Positions 54,101-61,123 of a stretch of 64,000 bases of DNA are shown here, one piece after another (position 1 is the stretch's first letter; each line of letters starts with the position of its first letter). The notes beneath the pieces were generated by a model. It ran no database searches and was not told the origin of the DNA. It saw only the letters and a program-made list of their open reading frames with translations. The stretch covers positions 135,222,001 to 135,286,000 of the forward strand of contig OZ360220.1 in the NCBI GenBank assembly GCA_977017645.1, given 5' to 3'. A program made the position numbers and the translations under genes. The DNA is from Torpedo marmorata. Taxonomy: Eukaryota.

Positions 54101-55460
54101 AAATTCCAAGCCAATTATTCTTAAAACAATTGTTACTTTTATCCTGCATGCCATTGTTAATGAAAGTGTAAACAAGTGTGCACAGAATTACATAGACTAC
54201 AGAGAATTTACAGCACAATCAAGTCTATTTGACAGCCTCCTTTCCTTACTCTAGCAGTATGTCTTCTAATTTTTTCTCTCTCAAGTACTAAGCCAGCAAT
54301 CACTCCAATGCATCTTTGATCCTGTGCCCCTTTGGAAAGGCCTGAATGTTTTTTTAAATGTAGCTAGAGAGCTGCAGGTAGAAACTGCCCAAGGCAGAGG
54401 CACCAGTTTTTTTTTTAACTTCCTGCCTATTACTTGAGCACAATGGAAAGGGAAATGTGCCCCTGCAGTGCAGGAAGATGACGCAAGTAGAGGTTGAGTG
54501 TGGTTTTATCATCATCACATTGTCATTTCAGATGAAAAGGCTAAAGATGTGGCGAACGCTTTGAAACCACAAGAGATAGCTGCAGCTGACGATTTACCCT
54601 CACCTGACGAAAAGCCATCTCATGGCCCCAAACCCCAGCCACATCCTCCTTCCGATTCTCTTGGCTGTTTGCAGACTGAAGAAAACCACCCAGAAACTGT
54701 TAAACTGTATGTCCACCCAGAGTCGCCAGACAGTTTGAACATTGCTACGAAGCAATCAGATCCATCCACCAACTTCAATGAAGAGATTCTACAATGCAAT
54801 GTGTCTGACTATTCAGCTTGCAAAGGAACCAGTAGCAATGATCTATTGGCTAAAATATTTTCTGCTGAACAAAATGTGGCCACGTTGCCATTTAAACAAA
54901 GAGAATCATTGTTTGAAAGGATAGCCCAGTTGCATCCAAATGATTTTTGGAGCAATTTTCCCATGAAGACATCAGATAATTATTTACAAACCTCTTCTCA
55001 GCATTTGGAGAAAAGCAATACCAGTCTGAAAGCAGATCAAGGGGAAGAAATTGAGATGAATCAATCAAGCACTTTTGTTATGAACGCAGAAGACATCAAA
55101 GAAAATAGATTTGTATTTTGTATTAATTTGACAAATCTCTCTGGTTTCATGACTTCTAACCAACAGCTTGCTTTGGAGTTAAGACCAAGTGAAGTTAGTT
55201 GTCAAGAAATGATAGCTGCTGAATCACCCCCTAGAAAGGATGATAATCTTTGTGTACAATCTTCAATTCCTCCTCCACTGAAGAGCAGCTGCTTGCTGAA
55301 AGAGGATGTAGGTTTGTTACAGTGTCAGTGGATCCCTGCTAGAGACTCCAGGATTGCAGAAGTTATTTCTGCAGTAAACTTCCTTTCATTCATTGATGAC
55401 TTTTCCAGCACTGAAGATAACTCAGAAGACATTGTTTTGTTGAACAAAAGGGAAGTGTAA
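58..55460 (+). CDS. CCDC187: Multi-exon CEP350-family centrosomal coiled-coil gene (probably the paralog CCDC187), 5'-incomplete; about 1,500 codons in the window, ending at TAA 55458-55460
   Basis: 19 AG/GT-bounded exons with consistent phases. CEP350-like blocks occur in collinear order: [17 protein letters not shown]; [33 protein letters not shown]; [19 protein letters not shown]; LLPSESH; [49 protein letters not shown]; [41 protein letters not shown]. Strong divergence from canonical CEP350 favours the paralog, but the symbol is inference. Confidence 0.7.
1073..1806 (+). CDS. CEP350/CCDC187-like exon (phase 1-0), coiled-coil
   Basis: aaacAG| acceptor and |gtaagt donor; open frame within ORF 1021-1941; [10 protein letters not shown]...[15 protein letters not shown] motif. 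Confidence 0.85.
3350..3770. mobile_element. Penelope-like element remnant: two inverted copies of the 3' pseudo-LTR
   Basis: About 3393-3567 is the reverse complement of about 3595-3770, and both match 43675-43888; flanked by near-TSD attacccaagaaaa (3336) / attacccatgaaaa (3771). Confidence 0.85.
3958..4040 (+). CDS. Candidate short exon (phase 0-2)
   Basis: ctattAG|GAAAAG...GAAAG|gtacag; open; phases bridge the flanking exons; no strong motif. Confidence 0.55.
6435..6711 (+). mobile_element. CR1-type LINE 3' fragment
   Basis: Encodes [14 protein letters not shown]...FKILLARHM (CR1 ORF2 C-terminus); 3' UTR gaaggccctgtactgtgctgt and ttctatgttct tail; similar to 59220-59478. Confidence 0.8.
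6722..7437 (+). CDS. CEP350/CCDC187-like exon (phase 2-1)
   Basis: tatacAG| acceptor, GAAG|gtagg donor; [28 protein letters not shown] resembles CEP350 KLDRIEALKATAASLSSRIESEAKKL. Confidence 0.75.
8650..9976 (+). mobile_element. Rex1/Babar-type LINE, 5'-truncated, frameshifted RT
   Basis: [61 protein letters not shown]; tail aattctgattctga. Confidence 0.9.
11066..11297. repeat. Tail-to-tail pair of SINE 3' ends (HE1-like) around an AT-rich (TTTAAA)-type tract
   Basis: taattgggtgtaattgggc...tactgtgttgta mirrored by tacagcactgtaacagg...gcccaatttacacccaatta. Confidence 0.55.
12978..13066. repeat. 19-bp minisatellite (tgctgcccagatgttgggg), about 4.7 copies
   Basis: Direct tandem copies visible in the sequence. 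Confidence 0.95.
14280..14686 (+). mobile_element. Rex/Babar-type LINE 3' fragment
   Basis: Encodes [31 protein letters not shown]; AATAAA followed by a cttgaa tail. Confidence 0.7.
18920..18996 (+). CDS. Candidate short exon (phase 1-0)
   Basis: atttgacAG|CT...GGAAGG|gtaag; open; phase links 7437 to 29503; no motif support. Confidence 0.45.
19170..19402 (+). repeat. 5' LTR
   Basis: TGTGG...ATCA; direct repeat of 23356-23588. Confidence 0.97.
19425..23112 (+). pseudogene. Gypsy gag-pol polyprotein (single-ORF type), disrupted
   Basis: ATG 19425; premature TGA 19590-19592; zinc knuckles CYFC..H..C and [14 protein letters not shown]; protease LFDTGS; RT YLDN; frameshift near 21635; RNase H VESDAS with an internal deletion near 22033; integrase HHCC and DDE core (VDFKGP, HSDRGS). 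Confidence 0.93.
23356..23588 (+). repeat. 3' LTR
   Basis: Follows the PPT; followed by TSD CCGTA. Confidence 0.97.
23594..23691. mobile_element. About 100-bp Penelope-like terminal fragment with inverted ends
   Basis: Matches both orientations of the PLE 3' end (43800-43888); 18-bp TSD caaacatctccaaccgta at 19152-19169 and 23692-23709. Confidence 0.85.
24600..27560 (+). mobile_element. Old, decayed Penelope-like element interrupted by an L1
   Basis: 27250-27440 aligns by eye with the RT-thumb region of the PLE at 42620-42830 (ccatcgcatctgttctgaaga vs ccgccgcatctgttcccaaga); boundaries approximate. Confidence 0.5.
24993..26919 (-). mobile_element. L1/Tx1-type LINE, 5'-truncated, with A-rich tail
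   Basis: ORF2 C-terminal fragments ([29 protein letters not shown]); 15-bp TSD ttgcatttcatcctt at 24978-24992 and 26920-26934; same family as 61124-63860. Confidence 0.93.
27755..28060 (+). mobile_element. HE1-like elasmobranch SINE, degenerate
   Basis: B-box-like gggttcaatcc, body tgtctgtatagagtttg.gtgttctccctgtgacc, LINE-like 3' end gaagggcctgtt; related copies near 31970-32220 and 44010-44250. Confidence 0.6.
28395..29105 (+). mobile_element. CR1-type LINE fragments
   Basis: Encodes [19 protein letters not shown]; 3' part tttttcactcagagg...gggcctgtt. Confidence 0.65.
29503..29639 (+). CDS. Candidate coiled-coil exon (phase 0-2)
   Basis: ttttcctttcAG| acceptor, GAG|gtgaa donor; PLADSRP...[17 protein letters not shown], open. 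Confidence 0.65.
30960..31099 (+). CDS. Candidate exon (phase 2-1)
   Basis: tctctgtccttcaaaccAG| acceptor, AAG|gtacaa donor; open; phase-compatible with neighbours. Confidence 0.5.
32993..33168 (+). CDS. CEP350/CCDC187-like exon (phase 1-0); 5' boundary uncertain (alternative in-frame acceptor at 33011)
   Basis: [17 protein letters not shown] resembles CEP350 SFRSLLPSESHRR; CAAG|gtacaa donor. Confidence 0.65.
34042..34232 (+). CDS. Best-conserved CEP350/CCDC187 exon (phase 0-2)
   Basis: tttattccAG| acceptor, |gtgagc donor; [49 protein letters not shown]. Confidence 0.92.
34547..34634 (+). CDS. CEP350/CCDC187-like exon (phase 2-0)
   Basis: ccacAG| acceptor, AAG|gtgagg donor; [29 protein letters not shown] resembles CEP350 HLRDKGEDDKMPPLRKKQRGLLLRLQQEK. 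Confidence 0.9.
34800..35398 (+). mobile_element. Candidate solo LTR / CpG-rich promoter-like insertion
   Basis: Begins TGTAAG and ends ..CTTA; NRF1 motifs at 34909 and 34934, CRE TGACGTCA at 34954, YY1 AAGATGGCG at 35059, AATAAA at 35326; no clean TSD. Confidence 0.5.
35744..36160. repeat. Low-complexity tract: ttttgcc(c/t)c repeats followed by C-run repeats
   Basis: Visible tandem units; the overlapping ORFs are low-complexity artefacts. Confidence 0.85.
38154..38300 (+). CDS. CEP350/CCDC187-like exon (phase 0-0)
   Basis: ttttcAG| acceptor, |gtgaga donor; [26 protein letters not shown] resembles CEP350 AEIKRLQEANKAARKERQLILKQQEE. Confidence 0.9.
38643..39133 (+). mobile_element. Rex/Babar-type LINE 3' fragment
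   Basis: [27 protein letters not shown]; AATAAA and (GACTT)n tail. Confidence 0.85.
39301..39476 (+). CDS. CEP350/CCDC187-like exon (phase 0-2)
   Basis: tcttgtttAG|TTT TCA GGA...GAAAG|gtgagc; ends in [13 protein letters not shown], resembling CEP350 MQKLKKMRSRMDE. Confidence 0.8.
39865..40230 (+). mobile_element. CR1-type LINE 3' fragment
   Basis: [23 protein letters not shown]; CR1-like 3' UTR. Confidence 0.7.
40360..40840. repeat. GC-rich minisatellite of interleaved 29-bp and 27-bp units (cacctgggtgggccccatcc-cttctgccc / -acctgtc), about 17 units
   Basis: Tandem units directly visible. Confidence 0.95.
41098..41270 (+). CDS. CEP350/CCDC187-like exon (phase 2-1)
   Basis: ttaatAG| acceptor, CAG|gtatgt donor; [20 protein letters not shown] resembles CEP350 FLTKREQKLMQRRQHAEELL. 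Confidence 0.85.
42614..43888 (+). mobile_element. Penelope-like retroelement (RT thumb plus GIY-YIG endonuclease), 5'-truncated
   Basis: [44 protein letters not shown] followed by a 1-nt frameshift; 14-bp TSD agtaaatgcttcca at 42600-42613 and 43889-43902. Confidence 0.93.
43742..43786 (+). ncRNA. Putative minimal hammerhead ribozyme in the PLE 3' pseudo-LTR
   Basis: catac-t UUGAUGA a GGGC-ucaa-GCCC GAAAC gucg GUUA u-guaug; stem II and stem I pair; C3U core variant; PLEs are known to carry minimal hammerheads. Confidence 0.55.
46673..46797 (+). CDS. Candidate exon (phase 1-0)
   Basis: AG acceptor after a pyrimidine tract, GTG|gtaagc donor; open; phase-compatible. Confidence 0.6.
47170..47690 (+). 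mobile_element. Degenerate CR1-type LINE fragment
   Basis: gcagtgaaggttcaccagattgat...ttcagccagagggtagtgaatct...cctactcctgcttctat tail. Confidence 0.55.
49171..50797 (-). mobile_element. Rex1/Babar-type LINE, 5'-truncated, with long open RT ORF (49408-50745), nested in an older CR1 fragment
   Basis: [57 protein letters not shown]; (CTAAT)n tail at 49171-49205. Confidence 0.92.
51280..51404. mobile_element. hAT (Charlie-like) MITE
   Basis: TIR cagtggttctca...tgagaaccactg; extended internal palindrome; near-8-bp TSD ccctggaa/atctggaa. Confidence 0.85.
51576..51684 (+). CDS. Candidate exon (phase 0-1)
   Basis: tttcttctttatAG| acceptor, GTG|gtaaga donor; open; phase-compatible. Confidence 0.65.
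52107..52267 (+). CDS. CEP350/CCDC187-like exon (phase 1-0)
   Basis: tttttcataacAG| acceptor, GAG|gtttgt donor; [22 protein letters not shown] resembles CEP350 EQKKRQKERLKAQEASLIKQLE. Confidence 0.85.
52512..52648 (+). CDS. CEP350/CCDC187-like exon (phase 0-2)
   Basis: ttttattgcAG| acceptor; [13 protein letters not shown]...KPQIKTL resembles CEP350 SYDEFIKKTEAEL...KPQIKTL. Confidence 0.88.
53025..53160 (+). mobile_element. Older Penelope-derived 3'-end fragment with decayed hammerhead-like core
   Basis: ttgaagaagggc..gcccaaaacgtt...gacctgctgagttc...gcatctgcaga; similar fragments near 6110-6330, 36950-37350 and 45120-45330. Confidence 0.6.
53239..53312 (+). CDS. Candidate short exon (phase 2-1)
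   Basis: ctccacctAG| acceptor, CAAG|gtaggg donor; open; supplies the phase needed between 52648 and 54532. Confidence 0.5.
54532..55460 (+). CDS. Open 5' part of the giant CEP350-type exon, ending at the first in-frame TAA
   Basis: gtcatttcAG| acceptor; Ser/Glu/Pro-rich ORF (within 54498-55460). Confidence 0.7.
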
Positions 55461-57354
55461 TTGCCTGGGAAAGGTATTTTGTATACAAATGAAACATTCC
55501 CATCTTTAGCCCAACAAGCAAATTCATTAAGAAGTGAAGCAGTTGAAGAAGTGGCCTTGTATATCAAAGATCAGGCACCTGCATCAATATCAGGCATTGC
55601 ATCAACAAGTGTTCAATTGCCATTCTTGAATGCTGAAGGAGTATTGTGCAGTCAACAAGATTTGTTGCCAGTTTTAAAGTCCAGTTGCAAAAATAAATCT
55701 TTGGACATTCCACTCATTGACTCATCAGCTCAAAAGGAAAAGATATCTCTTGTGGAAGAAATCTCATTCATAAATGAAGAGCTACCATCTCCAATTGAGG
55801 AAGATAATATACTCTGTATGAAGGAATTGAAATCTCTAGTCGATGAATCAATGCTGTATGAAAGTGAAACCTCTTCACCTCCTGCTGAAGCAAGTATCTC
55901 GTTTGAAAATTAAGACTTTCCTCCACTGCCTGAGGAAATTATTATATGCCAAAGCAAAGAGCTTTCGTCTCTATCAAGAGAAAGTGGAATTGTTCGAACT
56001 GAAGACTTAGCACCTTCATCTGCTGGCATCTCTTCCATATATGAATCATCTGTGAGTGATAAAAACTCTGATGATTTCACTTGCCTTTCTCCTCCATGTA
56101 TTGAAAAAATGGTGGAAGAAATCAAAAGCAATGTTACAGAGAAATGTCCCTTCAGGACAAGTGAGGACCAGGAAACACCTGCACAGTTTTGTGGAGATAG
56201 TCTCTTGATAGTACCCTTAAGAATCCACCAATCTCAAACAGAACAATGAATGGGCAATCATTTAAGATGCTTTCCCATCAAAGATCAAGTGATGGTGGAT
56301 AACAAGGAGCCTGATTCCTTAAAGTTTAAAGGATACACAGCATTTGGTCAGGGTTATTGTGGTGGTGCAGAACTACATAAATCAAAAGGAAAACATAATG
56401 GAGCCTTTTGTGAGCTGAAATACATTAAATGCACAAAAGGAATGTGACAAATTTGTCACTCAAGAGCTTTCCCAACAATGGCATAATTTTGATGATAATT
56501 CCGATATCCTTAACTGTGAAGACTCATTCTCCGAGGGACCACCAATGCTCTACCAGAGAAATCTGGATGAGGAGCAGAAACAAGCTCATTCTTTTGAAGA
56601 AGAACCTGAAGAGAAAGTAAATGAGAAGGGAATTGCTTCCAAGACTAGGGATAAAAGACCTATTTCAGACCAAGGTGACCAGGGAGAGGCACATTGGAGT
56701 GGTAGCAATGATCTTGAGTTGGAATGGGTAATTCTGGAGTTGGAATGGGTAATTCTGGAGTTGGAATGGGTAATTCTGGAGAGTGCAGAGGCAGTTGAAT
56801 CTTTTTTAGGTTCTCAAAATTTGCATGATGCTGAACTGGAGCCAAAAATGCATTTACATGCTCATCTAAATTCAGGTTTAGTCTGCACTTGGGCACAACA
56901 GCACCCGATGGACAAAAACAGTGAGCAGTCAGTGAATGACGCTGAAGAGTATCTCTCTGAACATCTTGCAGAAGGAACTTTGGGTGAAGTGACCAGCATC
57001 AGAGACCATAAAAATCAAAACACCCAAAAGAGTCTCAGTCAACATCATATTCAGCTATGTTATTCTGAATTGACTCAGCAAAATTTTCAGCCAGTTAAGG
57101 GACAGAGAGATCACGACAGATTCTACAAAGAAGTCTTTGGACTTTATAGAACAGACTGTGTGCAGCTTCAAGATAAAACTGGAATTGCAAAGGCAAGCTG
57201 CAGTCAAGATTCCATTGATAATGTGACCAGAAATTTAATTATAGAAATCATAGATGAAGCCAGAAAAGAATACAAAAAAATCAAGAGAAAACATAGTAGA
57301 AATATAGAAGCAAAACTAATTCTCTGTCCACAGACTGCAGTAGAATGTTGGACT
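55461..57354 (+). pseudogene. Decayed remainder of the giant exon, including a degenerate CAP-Gly domain (about 56265-56450)
   Basis: The same frame continues through TAA 55911-55913 and TGA 56247-56249. FPIKDQVMVDNKEPDSLKFKGYTAFGQGYCGGAELHKSKGKHNGAFCELKYIKC matches the CAP-Gly pattern (GKHNG). A frameshift near 56435 leads into the ORF 56545-57414 frame. Possible old donor |gtgagt at 57355. Confidence 0.75.
56716..56778 (+). repeat. Perfect 21-bp tandem triplication (gagttggaatgggtaattctg) = (ELEWVIL)3
   Basis: Three identical units. Confidence 0.95.
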
Positions 57355-57744
57355 GTGAGTACTGATGCAATTTATTTAAATGAAAGTGATTGTTTCAATA
57401 CAATTAATAAATGAATCGCACAAGAGGGATGGAAGGAAACTTTTACACAGCAAGTTATGATCTGGAATGCAGTGCATCAAAGGGAGTTGGCAGAAGCAGA
57501 TTTAACAGTAACTTTTAAAGAGGAATTGGATGAATTCATGCAAAGGAAAAATTTGCTGAGCTAAACGGAAAGAAAGTGAGAGTCAAACCAATCAAATATC
57601 CATTTCAAAGGCACAATGGAACAAACAGTTTCCTTTCTGTTGTATATTTTTATATTGGGTAATCTTTCTTAATATACTGAACAATACTTTATTTCCTCAT
57701 GGCCCCTTCACAGTGATTCAGGTAGACAAAAGATCTAAAGAATG

Positions 57745-59478
57745 TCACGATGTCATGAAGGTTACAAGAGGATATAGACAGGATGCAGAGTTTGACAGAA
57801 AAGTGGCAGATGGAGTTCAATCCGGATAAATGTGAGGTGATGCATTTTGGAAGGACAAACCAGAAGGCTGAGAACAGGGTAAATGGCCGGTTACGTAGGA
57901 GTATGGATTGTTACAAATTCAAACCAGCAACGACAGAAGACGCAATGCAAAAGGGGTAAAATTGAAATTTATATTTATTAAAGACAATTAAACATATAAT
58001 TTCTTAACAATTAACCCCACTATAAACGTTTATAAACACTATTCTTATCTAAAGAGTGTGTGTGTAAAGCCCAGACCATTACAGTCTGTGCCCAACCCTC
58101 ATGTAAAAATGGAAAACCTTCCCCAAAACCCCAGGTCAGTCATAAAAATAAGTCAGTCCCAAAAATACAGTCCACAAAAATCACTCTCTATGTTCAGGGT
58201 CTAAATTCAGCTCTCTGCGCTGGCACGAAGGACTTCTTAATGAACGTTGGAGAGAGAGACAATGACTGTTTAAGCTTACGAATGCTTGGCCTGCTTTTCT
58301 TCCCTGATGACTTTCCCTTTTGGTAGGTGCACGAGGATTGCGATTCCAAATCAGTATACCACTGATTGAGGCGTATACTTGGATCTCACAGCCTGTCTCG
58401 TTGATCTCACGCCTGTTCTCCACGAAAGTTGCTTTATCTCAGGATTTTGCTGATATAGGAGGCCATGTGCTATTCTCCCAGCCATTCTCACTGAAATGCA
58501 CAAGCCTGGTTTTGATGTTGTTGCTCTAGCATTTTGCAACTCCAAACTGAATGCTTTTTGCAGAGGTTTGCACCTGTTTTTACAAAAGTGCAACAAAATA
58601 TCTTTCCACACCCTGTTTCTCTCTCTATGTGTGTCTCTCTCTCTCTGAGCACAGCCAGGACTGGGCAAGTTAACTCTTTCAGTACCTTGTGCCAGTGTGT
58701 ACTCAAAAAGATTTCATCCTTCCTGCTGACCGTCCGCAGTCCAAATGATCAGTCATTGTCCATAACAGGATGAACAGAGGGACCTTGGGGTTCAAATCAA
58801 TACATCCCTTAAGGTCGCTGCACAGGTTGATAGGATAGTTTAGAAGGCCTCTGGGATGCTGGGCTTCATTAATAGGGGGATTGAGTCCAGGAGTAGAGAG
58901 GTCATGTTGCAACTCTATAAATCTCTGGTGAGACCACACTTGGAATATTGTGTTCAGTTCTGGTCATCTCATTATAGGAAGGATGTGGAAGCCATGGAGA
59001 GGGTGCAGAGGAGATTTACCAGTATGTTGCCTGGATTGGAAAACAAGTTTTATGAGGCAAGGTTAGCAGAGCTGGGACTTTTCTCTTTGGAGTGTGGAAG
59101 GATGAGAGGAGACTTGATAGAGGTTTACAAGATTATAAGAGGCATAGATAGGGTGGACAGCCAACACCTGTTTCCCAGGGCAGGAATGGCAAAGACCAGA
59201 GGACATATGCACAAAGTTAGGGGTGGTACGTTCAGGGGAGACATCAGGGGTAAGTTTTTTACACAGAGTTGTGGGTGCATGCAATGCCTTGCCTGGGATG
59301 GTAGTGGATTCTGAAACATTTGGGGCATTTAAGAGATTCTTAGACAGGCACATGGGTGAAGGAAAAATAGAGGGTTAAGGGGTAGGGTGGGTTTAGTACT
59401 TTTTTTTAGGGATATATGGGTCGGCACAACATCGAGGGCCGAAGGGCCTGTACTGGTGCTGTAGTGTTCTATGTTCTC
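57745..59478 (+). mobile_element. CR1-type LINE (5'-truncated) split by a solo LTR
   Basis: KWQMEFNPDKCEVMHFG before 57908; resumes at 58772 with MLGFINRGIESRSREVMLQLYKSLVRPHLEYCVQFW; ttctatgttct tail. Confidence 0.9.
57909..58767 (-). mobile_element. Solo LTR (Gypsy-type), 859 bp
   Basis: TGTTA...TAACA termini; 4-bp TSD GGAT (57905-57908, 58768-58771) exactly interrupting CR1 coding sequence; AATAAA on the minus strand near 57975. Confidence 0.85.
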
Positions 59479-60372
59479 TCTTTCCTAGCCAGTATATTAC
59501 CCTGAAAAAGACAAACTTAAAACAGATTGGTTGCTAATGGGAAACTGATGCTTTGGAATAGTTACCTTATTTTTTTTAATTAAAGTATGTATTAAATAAT
59601 CCTGCTGACTTAGTCTTTGATTTTTTTTTTATTATTCCCCCTGGCTTTCTACATGGAGATGTCTAGAGCCTTTTATTTGATGAGTGGAAAACCATAAATG
59701 CATGTAACATTGTTCACTGGAGAAGTATAATGTGCTGAACCAGTCATTGCACAACTTCGAGTTAACTGTTCTCCTGCAATCGGACGAGGTTTACTCGGAG
59801 CACTTCATTTGCAGATGCATGAAAATTCTCATCCGACTCCTTGGATTTGAGCACATTCTCTAAGGGATCACTCCTGGTTCAATCCTGAGAGATTACTGCA
59901 TGGTCAGAGGTGCTGTCTTTCAGATGAGACATTAAGCTAAAGTTTTGTCTTCCCTCCAGTTTACATGGAGCGAAAAAAAAAATCATGGTGTCATCTCAAT
60001 GAAAAGTTTGAGAAATCTCTCCTGTTTTCCAATCAATATTTATTGCCTCAACCAGCCAGTTGTATGGAACAGATTTTCTGGCTATTATTTCCTTGGCTGT
60101 CAGATCTTTTTTGGCATGAACTTGCTGCTTTGCTTCCCATGATGCAGCTTGCTAATTTCCCCCTCCTTGCTCTATTGTAGTCCATGTCACTGTGATTCTT
60201 GTACCAGGTCACGAAAGCAGGTTGTCTAAATGTAGAAATTCAATTAAAATTTGCTGTTCCTTGCAATTTTTTTTTCTTAAAAGCAATTCAAAATTATGCA
60301 TAATGCATGGATATCTGGATATAGCCATGGTATCGGAAATTAAAATCTGAAAGGACTACAGCTATTCTTCAG

Positions 60373-60597
60373 AACCAAAACCAGTGGGCAGATGTTTCTG
60401 TTGGACCATTGGTGTTCTGCTCCCTGTAGACAGTCAGATGAAACTATTTTTATTGTGCCTCATCACTTCACAGATGTTCAACATTTAGTTGTAAATGCTG
60501 TCAATGCACCATGGAGCCAACCTGGCCAACTTCAAGCAGGCAATGAGACCAATGTGTTGGATGGACAAAAGGAAAGGATGCTGATGGAAACAAACAG
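60373..60597 (+). pseudogene. Downstream CEP350-like exon (C-terminal region), lying after the premature stops
   Basis: attcttcAG| acceptor, CAG|gtaaat donor; IFIVPHHFTDVQHLVVNAVNAPW resembles CEP350 VPHTAEEVEILVHNAAEELW. Confidence 0.6.
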
Positions 60598-61123
60598 GTA
60601 AATGCCATCAGGGTGGGTGGCATTTTTATTGCTCAGAAATGCAAGATCCTCCTGCATTGAGGTTAAACTGGAGATAAGACTCATCACAGAGAAAATATAG
60701 CGTAGCTATCCAGGTTAGGTAGAACAAAGGGGAGAAAGAAACAAAGGATATGCTGGCACAGGTAAAGTTTTGTGACAGGGAGGAATCTTATGTCGAGCAC
60801 AAACACTGCCACAGACCAACCAGTGCAGTACTGAGGCTGAGCCACCACCAGAAAATGTCTTCTAGGTAAGAGGTTAAATAGAGGCTTTCTTCCCTATCAA
60901 GTAGATCAAAAGATTTCCAAGTCCACAAATTAAGATGTGGAGTTTAATCTGCCCAGTGTTTATTTCTCAGCAGACACCACATAAACATTATCTGATTGAT
61001 ATTTAAGAGGAGCTCAGTCACCAGGATGGGAAAACTGGTCCTAGAAGTCTAAAGATTTGTGTCAGTTTTCCCTCTGCCACTGCTAAATGCAAAGACTGAA
61101 ATCACATTGGAAGTTGTTTCATA

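Noticed and set aside
55458-56249. Programmed readthrough or selenocysteine recoding of the in-frame stops
   Set aside because: Two stops are TAA and a frameshift follows; decay is the simpler explanation
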